From contig CAZUFC010000168.1 in NCBI GenBank assembly GCA_964619725.1, forward strand, positions 1-16,000: a stretch of DNA of 16,000 nt. Reading direction: 5' to 3'. This DNA comes from an uncultured bacterium. Its GTDB lineage: Bacteria > CSSED10-310 > CAZUFC01. A program made the translations under genes and the position numbers. The notes beneath the pieces are model-generated. The model worked only from the letters and a program-made list of their open reading frames with translations. It had not been told where the DNA came from and searched no databases. Below, piece after piece: positions 6,741 through 16,000 of the stretch; positions within the stretch are counted from its first letter, which is position 1, and every line of letters starts with the position of its first letter.

Positions 6741-7751
6741 ATGAAGAAAAAAATGTCGCGGAACATGCATGCGGCATTAACGACATTAATCCTTTCATGC
6801 GCTCTGACCGGGAACACGGTTTTTTCATTCTTTGAAAAAAGCATAACGGCGGAGCACATCCAGCCGGCAGAGGTAAAAATGGAATCGATAGAGACATTAT
6901 GCATAGCGGGCGACAATACGGCGGACGGCAATATGGACCATGTTCGTTATTTGCAGTCGCAGATATCGGAAAAACTGAGCCGCGGCGGCGTCTTCGAGGT
7001 AAAGGAGACCGCGGAACTAGAAAAAGTTTTAAAAGATAACAACATTGATGCAGCCTCGCTGGATAAGGCAGAAACGGTATATCAATTGAAAAATTACATT
7101 GACTGTGACGGGTTGCTCTTTTTCGATATAACTAAATCGGAATTGAGACACGTCACCGACGAGGAGCTTGTATTAAATCAAAGCAACACTCAGGCAGAAG
7201 AGGCTTTTCCGGTACAAAACGAAATATCGGCGCTTGCAGGCGCTGACGTCATTCTTTACGATCTGAAATCGCAAAATATCATCTTTCGGGAATGGGAATC
7301 CTACGAACATATCGGTGATGAATTGAAGTTCACTGATGAGGAGCGAATTGAAATTTGCCTTAGGAGGATAGCCGACTCTCCGGCAAAAAAATTTTTACCC
7401 CATAAAACAGAAGTCGAGTATCCCTGGGTAACCGGCGACGGAAACAGTAAAGAGAGCCGGAGAATACGAGGCATTTTAAAGAAATTATACGAGCCGGCGC
7501 GGTTCGGGGATTATGAGACGGTGGTCGACAACTGCCGGAACCTGTTGAAGGAGCATCCCGAAAATGCGGCGGTACATCACTGCCTGGGGCTGGGACTGGG
7601 GTTGATGAACGAGTTCGATCCGGCGACGAAACATCTTGAAAAAGCGGTAAAATTGAATCCGGAACGCTCTGAACACAAGGAAGCGCTCGAACTTATCAAA
7701 AAAAGACAAAACGACATTGCGAGCGTGAAATCTGCTTCAGATACGAAGTGA
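6741..7751 (+). CDS. Exported (possibly lipo-) protein with C-terminal TPR and CsgG/HfaB-like N-terminal alpha/beta region
   Basis: 336 aa; AGGAGG RBS; basic + hydrophobic N-terminus with LILSC. TPR: AAVHHCLGLGLGLMNEFDPATKHLEKAVKLNP. The CsgG-like resemblance (FEVKETAELEKVLKD) is tentative. Confidence 0.7.
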   Translation: MKKKMSRNMHAALTTLILSCALTGNTVFSFFEKSITAEHIQPAEVKMESIETLCIAGDNTADGNMDHVRYLQSQISEKLSRGGVFEVKETAELEKVLKDNNIDAASLDKAETVYQLKNYIDCDGLLFFDITKSELRHVTDEELVLNQSNTQAEEAFPVQNEISALAGADVILYDLKSQNIIFREWESYEHIGDELKFTDEERIEICLRRIADSPAKKFLPHKTEVEYPWVTGDGNSKESRRIRGILKKLYEPARFGDYETVVDNCRNLLKEHPENAAVHHCLGLGLGLMNEFDPATKHLEKAVKLNPERSEHKEALELIKKRQNDIASVKSASDTK

Positions 7752-7775
7752 TCGTAACGGGCCGGACCCTTCAAG

Positions 7776-8486
7776 TTATTCGCCGGCAATCTGTCCGTCC
7801 CTGATTCTGACCAGGCGTTCGGCCTTTTCCATCACCAACTGGTCATGAGTGGAAAAGATAAAGGTTATATTTCTTTCTTCATTCAGGTTTTTCATAAGCT
7901 GCAGGAGCGATTCGCCTGTTTTTGAGTCCAGGTTGGCTGTAGGTTCATCAGCCAGCACCAGCTCCGGCTCGCTGACCACGGCCCTGGCTACCGCCACACG
8001 CTGCTGCTGTCCGCCGCTCATCTCGTTGGGTCTTCGATTGATGTACTCTTCCAGTCCGACCTCTTTCAGTATGTTTTCCGCTTTTTCCCGCCGTTCCGTT
8101 TTGGGAACCCCCTGCAGCAGCATAACGAATTCAACGTTTTCTATCGAGGTGAGGACAGGTATCAGGTTATAAGACTGAAAAACGAAGCCGATATTGTGTA
8201 ATCTTAATTTAGCGAGTTCTGAGCGTTTCATTTCGCATATGTTTTGTCCGGCAATATTAATAGTCCCTTCGGAGACGTTGTCCAGTCCGCCGATCAGATT
8301 CAACAGGGTTGTTTTGCCGGAACCCGACGGACCGGCCAGGGCCATGAATTCCCCTCGTCTGACGATCAGGTCTACATGCTTCAATGCTTCAACTGAAACC
8401 TTACCCGAATTATAAGTTTTGCTCACGTTTTGGACTTCTACTATATTTTTTTCATCTCTGTTGATTTTCTTATCACTTTCAGACAT
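7776..8486 (-). CDS. ABC transporter ATP-binding protein (LolD/MacB-like)
   Basis: Walker A GPSGSGKT, Q-loop IGFVFQ, signature MSGGQQQR, Walker B LVLADEPT, H-loop STHD; overlaps the upstream permease stop. Confidence 0.95.
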   Translation of the reverse strand: MSESDKKINRDEKNIVEVQNVSKTYNSGKVSVEALKHVDLIVRRGEFMALAGPSGSGKTTLLNLIGGLDNVSEGTINIAGQNICEMKRSELAKLRLHNIGFVFQSYNLIPVLTSIENVEFVMLLQGVPKTERREKAENILKEVGLEEYINRRPNEMSGGQQQRVAVARAVVSEPELVLADEPTANLDSKTGESLLQLMKNLNEERNITFIFSTHDQLVMEKAERLVRIRDGQIAGE

Positions 8487-9705
8487 GTCTCAAGGCCTCC
8501 ACAGGTTTCAATCCGGCGGCTTTGAATGCAGGATAGAAATTGACGATTATGGTTAAGGCAAGAGTAAAAACGATTATTTCCAGGTAATCATTGAATCCCA
8601 TTATGGGATATATGACGGGATTGAATCCCCAGAATTCCGCGCCTTTTCCGAAAAAGGACAGGTCCAAGCCGTATCTGTCGAAATACTCAATTATCAATGC
8701 TCCGACTCCGACGCCCAGGAATATTGCCAGCGTACCCAGAAAAAGTCCTTCCATGGAGACGAGAAAAACCAGGTGCATGGGCCGGAGTCCCAATGATTTC
8801 ATGATCCCGAATTCCCTTATTCTTTCCATGACCGCCATAAGAAAAACGTTGACTATGCCGAAAGCCATGGAAATGAAAATGATCAGGTAAAAAATGTAGA
8901 TCACGTTATCCGCGAACTCAACCATCTGAACAATGGCCGGTATGAGCTCTTTCCAGCTCAAAACTTCAATATTTTCTCCGAAGATTCTCTTCAATTCCGC
9001 CGCCCCTGAACTGACGAAATCACGGTTTTTCATACGAATGACAATTTCCGATATTCTTTCCTGCAATCCGAAAATGCGTTGAGCATCGTCCAGGGTAATG
9101 TAAACGATTCTCTTCTCCAGGTCTTCCGAGGGTCCGTCGAACACTCCGACGACGCGAAAGGCTGCCGAAGCGATTTCGCCTGATTTGTCACCGGCCATGA
9201 GCACAACCTTGCTGCCTTCCCGGACTTTTAATTTTTGGAACAAGGCCTGTCCCAGAACGATTTTATTTTTATCCGATTTTTTCAGAAAACGCCCCTCGAC
9301 GATTTTATTGGGTATGGAAGCGACTTCATTCTCCGCATCGGGTTGAACGCCCATTATTTGAACTCCGGAAGAATACCGGGCGCTGCTTATCATGCCATTG
9401 GTTTTTATTCGAAAGGCAAAGGCTTCGATGCCTTCAATATCCTTGATTTGATTTAATTTTGTTTGGTCTGGTCTTATATTGGAGCGCAGTCGCGGATTGT
9501 CCGTAAAACCGGTTTCGTGAATTTGAATATGTCCGACTACAGGATTAACGTTATTGTCCACAATCTGTTCCAGGTATCCGTTCATGAAACCCAGAGCGAA
9601 AACCATTCCTCCTACGCCGATTATTACTGCGACAGACAGGATCAGAGTCCTTCTTTTATTTCTCCAGATATTTCTCCAGGCCATCAGCAAAAAAGTCTTC
9701 ATCAT
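8479..9705 (-). CDS. ABC transporter permease (FtsX/MacB/LolCE family)
   Basis: AWRNIWRNKRRT start; one TM, large periplasmic domain, then three TMs; ERIREFGIMKSLG; ends PVEALRHV. Start may be 9702. Confidence 0.93.
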   Translation of the reverse strand: MMKTFLLMAWRNIWRNKRRTLILSVAVIIGVGGMVFALGFMNGYLEQIVDNNVNPVVGHIQIHETGFTDNPRLRSNIRPDQTKLNQIKDIEGIEAFAFRIKTNGMISSARYSSGVQIMGVQPDAENEVASIPNKIVEGRFLKKSDKNKIVLGQALFQKLKVREGSKVVLMAGDKSGEIASAAFRVVGVFDGPSEDLEKRIVYITLDDAQRIFGLQERISEIVIRMKNRDFVSSGAAELKRIFGENIEVLSWKELIPAIVQMVEFADNVIYIFYLIIFISMAFGIVNVFLMAVMERIREFGIMKSLGLRPMHLVFLVSMEGLFLGTLAIFLGVGVGALIIEYFDRYGLDLSFFGKGAEFWGFNPVIYPIMGFNDYLEIIVFTLALTIIVNFYPAFKAAGLKPVEALRHV

Positions 9706-9714
9706 GCGCCTTTC

Positions 9715-10950
9715 TTAAGGAGTTCTCAACGCTTCAGCGGGTTTGATTCTGTATATGCGCAGGGCAGGAACGATCGATGAGACCACGGTAATGATCATTA
9801 GAATGATCGCTGCAGACAAGCAATGAGTTAACCTGAAATCGCTGTGAAGGGAGGCTTCCAGGCCCCAGTATGCCATAACTTCCTGCATATTCTCAAAGTG
9901 TAAGCCGTGAAACTGGAAATACAGAGATAATCCCGCGCCCAGGATCGCCCCGACGATCATACCCAGCGCTCCTATAAAAAAAGCTTCCAGCATGATCATT
10001 ACCCAGGCTCTTGCCGGGGAAGTTCCCATCGACAAAAGAACGCCGTATTCTTTGATCCTTTCAAAAAAGGCCATCAGAATAGTGTTCAATATGCCGAAAC
10101 CTACTATGATGAGCAGCACGACGTAAAAAAGATACCCTGAGGACCGGTCCAGTTCAATAGCCTGCTTTAATCCCGGATTGATGTCGTCCCAGGCCAGCGC
10201 ACGCACGTTATCCAGGCGCTTCTCCTTTAGCTTGCCGTTGATCTCGGCTTTTACTTCATCAGTTTTCCCGATATTTTCCAGCATTATCGCTGCTTCATGT
10301 ATCTCATTCTCCGGGATGACGAATATCTCCGATATGAAATCGATCGGCGCCGTAGCCATAGTCCGGTCCATCTCCGAAATTCCTATGCTGAACAATCCCC
10401 GGACGTTCATCGCATCGGCTGCAGTCGATCCGTCCGCAGCGATTCCCAGGAGTACGATTTCATCTCCTACATCCACACCCAGATTCTTCGCCAATGTTTT
10501 TCCTATCAAAGCGCCCCTGCGATCTTCCGACGAAAGATATTTACCCTGGCGGACAAGCTCTTCTAATATGGTTATTTCCTTCTCTCGCTCCGGGTCTACT
10601 CCGATAATCATTCCGCCGACTGTTTCCGTTTCGCTGGCCAACAACGCAAATGCATTGACTCGCGGCGAATACGCTTCTATCTCCTCTATCTCCTCCAATA
10701 TCTCGAAAACCTGGTCCCTGTCCTCGATCAACTGAGTAATCTTCGAATCAGACTTGTAATCTTTATGCTGCACCTGAAGCATTCCGGTCTGCATCCGCAC
10801 AAAATTAAGTATCATATTGGAATAGCTGCCGGCCTGGAGCCCCAGCATCACTATCAACACCGCCTCAGCGAAAGCGACGGCCCCCACCGTCAGCATCGAC
10901 CGCCGCTTGTTGCGCCATAGATTCCGCCAGGCAATAACCGGCAACAGCAT
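9715..10950 (-). CDS. ABC transporter permease (FtsX/MacB/LolCE family)
   Basis: AWRNLWRNKRRS, ERIKEYGVLLSMG, ends PAEALRTP; TGATG overlap with the upstream gene. Confidence 0.93.
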   Translation of the reverse strand: MLLPVIAWRNLWRNKRRSMLTVGAVAFAEAVLIVMLGLQAGSYSNMILNFVRMQTGMLQVQHKDYKSDSKITQLIEDRDQVFEILEEIEEIEAYSPRVNAFALLASETETVGGMIIGVDPEREKEITILEELVRQGKYLSSEDRRGALIGKTLAKNLGVDVGDEIVLLGIAADGSTAADAMNVRGLFSIGISEMDRTMATAPIDFISEIFVIPENEIHEAAIMLENIGKTDEVKAEINGKLKEKRLDNVRALAWDDINPGLKQAIELDRSSGYLFYVVLLIIVGFGILNTILMAFFERIKEYGVLLSMGTSPARAWVMIMLEAFFIGALGMIVGAILGAGLSLYFQFHGLHFENMQEVMAYWGLEASLHSDFRLTHCLSAAIILMIITVVSSIVPALRIYRIKPAEALRTP

Positions 10951-11720
10951 CAGTTTATTCCTCTCTTGAGATTGCGATGAGTGAACACATCCTTGTCAAT
11001 GGACACATTGAATTCGATCTCCTTTATCCTTACTATCGTCTTGTCGCCTTTCTCCTCCTCCAACTGCGGCAGCATCGTCATAACGGCCGGTATCTTCCGG
11101 CCCCCCATCACCTTGAATTCAGAATACTCCAACAGCCTGACCAATACATCCGTCTCATCGTAAAATTCAGCCTTCAACGGCATTAAATCTGACTTCCGAA
11201 CATGCTCGTCTATCCCCGCCCATACTACCGCCGCATCAGGCTTGGGACTCAAATGAATCAAATATGCCTCCCCGTGCGTATCATCCTTGTAAGTCTTCTT
11301 CAATTCAGCATCATAATCGTCCGATATGCTCGATTCATGCACCAGGTCGTCATTCGTGAAATCGCTCCCCATCCACGAACTCATCATCATTGAACTCGGT
11401 ATCTTGATCACGCGGTCTATCTTCGGCAGATAATTCCACATCTGATCGCCTATCTTCAAATATGACACGCCCTTCTCCTTCTCCGGCTCCAACACGCGTA
11501 TGAACGCCCGGTCCGTCCCCTTCGTCCACGTCTCCATCTTCAGCGCCCGCGTCCATTCCTTCGTCACAATCTTCATCTCATATATCCCGTGCTGAGTCTC
11601 CCCCCACAATAAATCTTCCACTTCCTCTATGATCTCATTCGCCGTCAAACCCTTCTCCTCACCAAAAACAATTCCGACAGAAAAAAAAATACAACTCAAC
11701 GCCACAATGATTGATTTCAT
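10950..11720 (-). CDS. Outer membrane lipoprotein-sorting protein (LolA-like family)
   Basis: 256 aa; AAGGAG RBS; signal peptide; motif P..EKG..YLK....MWNYLP....VIKIP......SWMGSDFTNDDL; first gene of the ABC operon. Confidence 0.88.
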   Translation of the reverse strand: MKSIIVALSCIFFSVGIVFGEEKGLTANEIIEEVEDLLWGETQHGIYEMKIVTKEWTRALKMETWTKGTDRAFIRVLEPEKEKGVSYLKIGDQMWNYLPKIDRVIKIPSSMMMSSWMGSDFTNDDLVHESSISDDYDAELKKTYKDDTHGEAYLIHLSPKPDAAVVWAGIDEHVRKSDLMPLKAEFYDETDVLVRLLEYSEFKVMGGRKIPAVMTMLPQLEEEKGDKTIVRIKEIEFNVSIDKDVFTHRNLKRGIN

Positions 11721-11781
11721 TATATGCTCCTTTCGTTCAACGGCGCAACGGGAATTGACCCTCTAATCCCTATCACCAATA

Positions 11782-11809
11782 ATTATGAAGAATTATGGGT
11801 TTTTGTCAA
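11782..11809 (-). promoter_or_regulatory. Putative sigma-70 promoter of the LolA-like/ABC operon
   Basis: Minus strand TTGACA-N16-CATAAT, about 60 nt upstream of the ATG at 11720. Confidence 0.6.
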
Positions 11810-11882
11810 CCCGACACTTTCTTTCATTTTTAAAACGACTCGGTTTTTGTATAATGGTGAAGGCTGGAACTGAACGGTAAAA

Positions 11883-11978
11883 GATTGGATTGCTGGAAGA
11901 TTGGATGAATGGATGAATAGACGGATGCGGGATTGGGTTAGTGGAAGATTGGATGGTCGGTTTACAGGAAGGATGGAA
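11883..11978 (+). repeat. Degenerate 8-nt period repeat (GATTGGAT/NNNTGGAA-like, ~12 units)
   Basis: gattggat tgctggaa gattggat gaatggat gaatagac ggatgcgg gattgggt tagtggaa gattggat ggtcggtt tacaggaa ggatggaa. Confidence 0.7.
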
Positions 11979-12082
11979 AGTTTGCTGATGCGAAGATTGC
12001 ATGTGCTTAGATTGAGGAGTTGGAAAGAGAGGCCGGCAACTTTGTTTCCGGGAGGTTCTGGTCAGGTTCGGAGTTTCAGGTT

Positions 12083-14305
12083 ATGAATGACAATCCTATA
12101 ACTGCACAACCTGGTTTCATGTCGGATTTATATCAGCAGAGCGCTTTTCTGGCGGCTCTCATCAACCTGTTTCTGGCTGTTTTCGTTCTCGTCAAGAATC
12201 CCAGGCGTAAATTGAATCAGACTTTCGCGTTCGTCAGCTTCGTTCTTTTCCTGTGGAACATGGGAGCATTTTTTCAAGCGCCCGAACTGATTTATATTTC
12301 TCTTATTTTTGTGCCGGCAGCGTCGTTGCATTTTATATTAACCTTCATCCATCAGCACAGCGAATTCAGCAGCATTGTATTGAAATTCTGTTACTCGGCG
12401 AGCACGCTTCTGGGCTTGAGTTATCTGGGGGGAGTGCTTCAAGGCAGGCTTTTCCATTATTTTTTAGCCCTGTACATAGCTCCCGTAATCGTTTATATCA
12501 TACAAAGGATATATCAGCGCAGGAGGATAACGAAATTCAGGCTGGAAAAGAAGCAGTTGAGTCATATCCTGATCGCCACGATCGTAGCGGTATTGGCGGC
12601 AATAACGGATTTTGCGGCATCCATCGGTTTTCCGGCGCCGAAGCTGGCGAACGTGGGCATATTGCTGTATGTGATCGTGATTGCTGTGGCTATTGTGCGG
12701 CATCGCCTGCTGGATATGGAAGTGCTTTTCGGACGCGGCATAATTCTGCTGATTTTCACATTCATCATCTGGTCTTTTTCAGGCGTATTCGGGGGTTGGT
12801 GGGTTGAAACGCCTTATCACAATATCGGAGGTATCCTGGTCGCCACCATATTCATACTTATCATTTACGAACCTTTGAAGGTATTGATTGAACGCCAGGC
12901 CGACAAGGTGCTCCAGAAGCAGAGTTATGAATTTCAGAACATGTTGTCCCGTTTGAGCTGGGAGATTATTTCCATCATCAACAGGGACGATCTTATCAAA
13001 AGCGTCTCGCATTCTCTTTCCTCTTCAGAGAAGGTGGGAGATTTTTCCATTTACGTACAGGAAGGGGAGGATGAAAATTTTGTATTATATGATCAGAAAA
13101 GCAACGTTGATTTAAGCCGCAAAAATGCGGTGATAGAGAAAGCGACGCCGCTGGTACAGTATCTTCTGCAGAAGAAGAATGTGGTCGACAAGGACGAAAT
13201 CGAGCGTGAGCTGCAATTGTGGCTTTTGCCGGAGCAGAAAAAGATGCTGAAAAGCGTGCACAGGACTATGACTCGTATTCGAAGCGATATGTGCATTCCG
13301 CTGATATACCATGCGAATCTTCTGGGATTCATGAATCTTTCGACGGATGAAGCTGACGTGCGCTTCACCTCCCGGGAAAAGGATTTACTTACTGCAGTAG
13401 CCAACCAGTTGGCGATTTCGCTTGAAAATGCGAGGATTTACGAACAGATGAAAAAAAGCGACCGTTTAATCGCATTGGGTGAGATGGCTGCCGGGTTGGC
13501 GCATGAAATCCGGAATCCCCTGGGCGCCATTAAAGCGACGGCTCAATTTTTACAATCGCCGACGGGGAATCAGGACATAAGCGAATTTCTCGACATCATC
13601 ATCGAAGAAGTCAATCGCTTGAACGACGTAGTAACCAAGTTTCTGGACTTTTCTCGTCCTGCGGGACGCAATATTGAAAAAACAGACATAAACGAACTGA
13701 TCGAAAAAACGGTCCAATTGATGAAGCAATCCAGGAAGATGGAAAACATCAGCCTGGAGACCGATCTTGATCCGGAATTGCCCCTCATCGAAGCTAATCC
13801 CAATGAACTGAAACAGGTTTTCATCAATATGATGAACAACTCGTGCGAAGCCATGGCCTACAAGGGCGAGCTGTCTGTGAAAACCGAAGCCGCGGATTTC
13901 ATGACCGTAACGAAACCAGAGAATTTAAAAAACGGAAAAGAAAATGTGTCCCAATTGCCGGATTCCTCAAAATTCATTTATATTCCCAGGAAAATACGGA
14001 TCAGGATAACGGACAGCGGAGAGGGAATAAATCCTGAGATGCTGGATCGTCTGTTCAATCCCTTTTTTACCACTAAACGCTTCGGAACGGGGCTGGGCCT
14101 GGCCATCGTTCACAAGATAATAGAAGGGCACGGGGGTACGGTAAGCGTAAAAAGCAAAAAAGAAAAATCGACTCAGTTCACAATTGAGCTGCCGATACAC
14201 CAGGATCATAGCGGAGAAACGAAACCGGCAGGTGAGTCTAAAGAGACGGAATCGATACCGGCGTCCGATTCGAAATCGCAGAAGGTTTCCCGACCATCCA
14301 ATTAA
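12083..14305 (+). CDS. Multi-TM + GAF sensor histidine kinase (HisKA_7TM/PrsK-like architecture)
   Basis: Multiple N-terminal TM helices; GAF (CIPLIY..NLLGFMNL...LLTAVANQLAISLENA); H-box AGLAHEIRNPL; N-box QVFINMMNNS; DSGEGI, NPFFTTK, GTGLGL. ATG 12083 chosen for its upstream GGAG; 12119 is an alternative. Confidence 0.92.
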   Translation: MNDNPITAQPGFMSDLYQQSAFLAALINLFLAVFVLVKNPRRKLNQTFAFVSFVLFLWNMGAFFQAPELIYISLIFVPAASLHFILTFIHQHSEFSSIVLKFCYSASTLLGLSYLGGVLQGRLFHYFLALYIAPVIVYIIQRIYQRRRITKFRLEKKQLSHILIATIVAVLAAITDFAASIGFPAPKLANVGILLYVIVIAVAIVRHRLLDMEVLFGRGIILLIFTFIIWSFSGVFGGWWVETPYHNIGGILVATIFILIIYEPLKVLIERQADKVLQKQSYEFQNMLSRLSWEIISIINRDDLIKSVSHSLSSSEKVGDFSIYVQEGEDENFVLYDQKSNVDLSRKNAVIEKATPLVQYLLQKKNVVDKDEIERELQLWLLPEQKKMLKSVHRTMTRIRSDMCIPLIYHANLLGFMNLSTDEADVRFTSREKDLLTAVANQLAISLENARIYEQMKKSDRLIALGEMAAGLAHEIRNPLGAIKATAQFLQSPTGNQDISEFLDIIIEEVNRLNDVVTKFLDFSRPAGRNIEKTDINELIEKTVQLMKQSRKMENISLETDLDPELPLIEANPNELKQVFINMMNNSCEAMAYKGELSVKTEAADFMTVTKPENLKNGKENVSQLPDSSKFIYIPRKIRIRITDSGEGINPEMLDRLFNPFFTTKRFGTGLGLAIVHKIIEGHGGTVSVKSKKEKSTQFTIELPIHQDHSGETKPAGESKETESIPASDSKSQKVSRPSN

Positions 14306-14319
14306 CAGAAGGTAAAAAA

Positions 14320-15699
14320 ATGAAACATAAGATACTGATAGTAGATGATGAACACAACATGCGGCGTATACTCGAAGCCATGTTAAGGCGCGAGGGTTAT
14401 AATGTGGTCCAGGCTGAAGACGGCGAAACGGCCTTAAGAAAAATAGAGGAAAATGACATAACCACAGTCGTTACGGACCTTAAAATGCCCGGGATGGACG
14501 GCTTGAGTCTTTTATCGAAAATAATGAGCGACAGTCCGGAAATACCGGTCATAATCATTACGGCTCACGGCACCATTGAAACTGCCGTCAATGCTATGAA
14601 ATCCGGCGCTTTCGATTACGTAACGAAACCCTTCGAACAGGACGAGATGAAGATGATCGTCAGAAAAGCCGTTCGGGCCGCTGAGTATAACCGTCTGGAG
14701 ATACATCCCGAATCGGGATTGCCGACGAATAAATACCATACGGTCGGCGAAAGCCGGCAGATCAAGGAAATCCATCAGATTATCGATAAAGTGGCGGCAA
14801 GCCCTACGACAGTACTTATCAGAGGCGAAAGCGGAACCGGAAAAGAATTGATTGCTCAGGCTATACATGAAAACAGTCCCAGGAATAATAATCCCTTTAT
14901 AAAACTGAATTGCGCCGCCATTCCGGAAAACCTCCTGGAAAGCGAATTGTTCGGTTACGAAAAAGGCGCGTTCACCGGCGCAGTCACCAGCAAACCCGGC
15001 AAATTCGAATTGGCTGACGGCGGATCGCTTTTTTTGGACGAAGTAGGTGAAATTCCGAGAGAAATGCAGGTCAAATTGCTGCGAGTGCTCCAAAACCAGG
15101 AATTTGAACGCGTTGGAGGCATCCGCACCATTAAAGTGGACGTACGGATCATTGCCGCTACCAACAGAGACCTCGAAAGAGACGTAGACGAAGGACGCTT
15201 CCGACAGGAACTCTACTACCGGCTGAATATCGTTCCGATAGCTTTGCCGCCGCTCAGGCAAAGGACTGAAGACATCCCCCTGCTGGTGAATCATTTTATC
15301 CTGAAATTAAATCGAAAACTGGGCCGCAACGTCAAGGACGTATCTCCGAACGTTTTAAAAGCGCTGATGAATTATCACTGGCCCGGCAACATCAGAGAAC
15401 TGGAAAACGTCATGGAAAGGGCCGTCCTTATGACAGACAACACAACCCTGGAATTGAGCGATTTTCCGCCTAATATCCTGGAAACTTCCGGTGGAAACAT
15501 CCCTGATATTTCCTTCAATCAAAACGTCACATTGAAAGAAGCGGTCAAAGAAACCACGGAACAGGTCGAAAAAAGCCTGATTATAAAAATACTAAAAAAA
15601 ATGAACGGCAACGTTACACGCTCGGCCCAGGAACTGGGGATAAGCCGAAAAAGTCTCCAGATGAAAATGAAGGAATACGGCTTGAGAGATATAGTATAA
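14320..15699 (+). CDS. Sigma-54-dependent response regulator (NtrC/AtoC family)
   Basis: Receiver ([17 protein letters not shown]); AAA+ ([41 protein letters not shown]); Fis-type HTH ([16 protein letters not shown]). Confidence 0.96.
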   Translation: MKHKILIVDDEHNMRRILEAMLRREGYNVVQAEDGETALRKIEENDITTVVTDLKMPGMDGLSLLSKIMSDSPEIPVIIITAHGTIETAVNAMKSGAFDYVTKPFEQDEMKMIVRKAVRAAEYNRLEIHPESGLPTNKYHTVGESRQIKEIHQIIDKVAASPTTVLIRGESGTGKELIAQAIHENSPRNNNPFIKLNCAAIPENLLESELFGYEKGAFTGAVTSKPGKFELADGGSLFLDEVGEIPREMQVKLLRVLQNQEFERVGGIRTIKVDVRIIAATNRDLERDVDEGRFRQELYYRLNIVPIALPPLRQRTEDIPLLVNHFILKLNRKLGRNVKDVSPNVLKALMNYHWPGNIRELENVMERAVLMTDNTTLELSDFPPNILETSGGNIPDISFNQNVTLKEAVKETTEQVEKSLIIKILKKMNGNVTRSAQELGISRKSLQMKMKEYGLRDIV

Positions 15700-15796
15700 A
15701 TGATGAGAGTTCAGTTAAAAGTATGCCTTAATTAAACTGCTTCACAGCGACTGGATGAAACTGCTGGAAAATTGGAATAGGAGAAAACCGGGTACT

Positions 15797-15842
15797 GATC
15801 ATACCGGGGTTACACTTTTTCCAAAACGTTTGACTGGATGAA
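15797..15842 (+). repeat. Short end of a GATC-bounded element related to 4941-4987
   Basis: gatcataccggggttacactttttccaaaacgtttgactggatgaa aligns to the reverse complement of 4941-4987. Confidence 0.65.
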
Positions 15843-15867
15843 CCAATCAAAAAAAACGGCGTACATA

Positions 15868-15938
15868 ATTCCCCCTCACCAAAGCTTAGCAAAGCCCAGG
15901 GTTAAAGGAGCGAAGCGACTGCAACCCTGGGGGGGAAT
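15868..15938. repeat. REP-like imperfect palindrome
   Basis: cccagggtt (15895-15903) / aaccctggg (15923-15931) around gagcgaagcgac; outer attcccc / ggggaat. Confidence 0.6.
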
Positions 15939-16000
15939 GTGAAATATTACAACCCTGAATGGTGATTGAATAATTATGCAGGGCATAATCCTGTATATCG

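Noticed and set aside
7776-11720. Assigning lolA/lolC/lolD/lolE symbols
   Set aside because: Family-level similarity only; this operon type is distinct from the canonical Lol system.
14512-15294. 260-aa minus-strand ORF
   Set aside because: Antisense shadow of the sigma-54 activator AAA+ domain.
1-16000. Complete DGR cassette (RT, TR, Avd)
   Set aside because: No RT motifs in any ORF and no second copy of the VR-like segment found by eye.

Overview
Bacterial chromosomal window, probably from a diderm organism. Left end: a secreted fibre-like gene (minus strand, 628-2743). It encodes a signal peptide, 62 Gly-X-Y collagen triplets and a C-terminal FGE-sulfatase/C-type-lectin (CLec) domain, and is split by a single +1 frameshift near 1091. 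Its last ~40 codons look like the variable region (VR) of a diversity-generating retroelement (DGR) and are followed by short repeats and a ~94-nt GC-rich hairpin. I found no template repeat (TR) or reverse transcriptase (RT) in the window, so it is a candidate remote DGR target. This gene and a probable outer-membrane barrel gene lie between two inverted 234-bp MITE-like elements. These belong to a GATC-bounded repeat family with asymmetric (10/20 nt) end motifs and different palindromic interiors; relatives occur at ~4842-4987, ~6428 and ~15797. Further right are a beta-propeller surface protein with an IPTL/PEP-CTERM-like tail, a TPR protein, a LolA-like + two permeases + ATPase ABC operon, and a divergent membrane/GAF histidine kinase with a sigma-54 response regulator.
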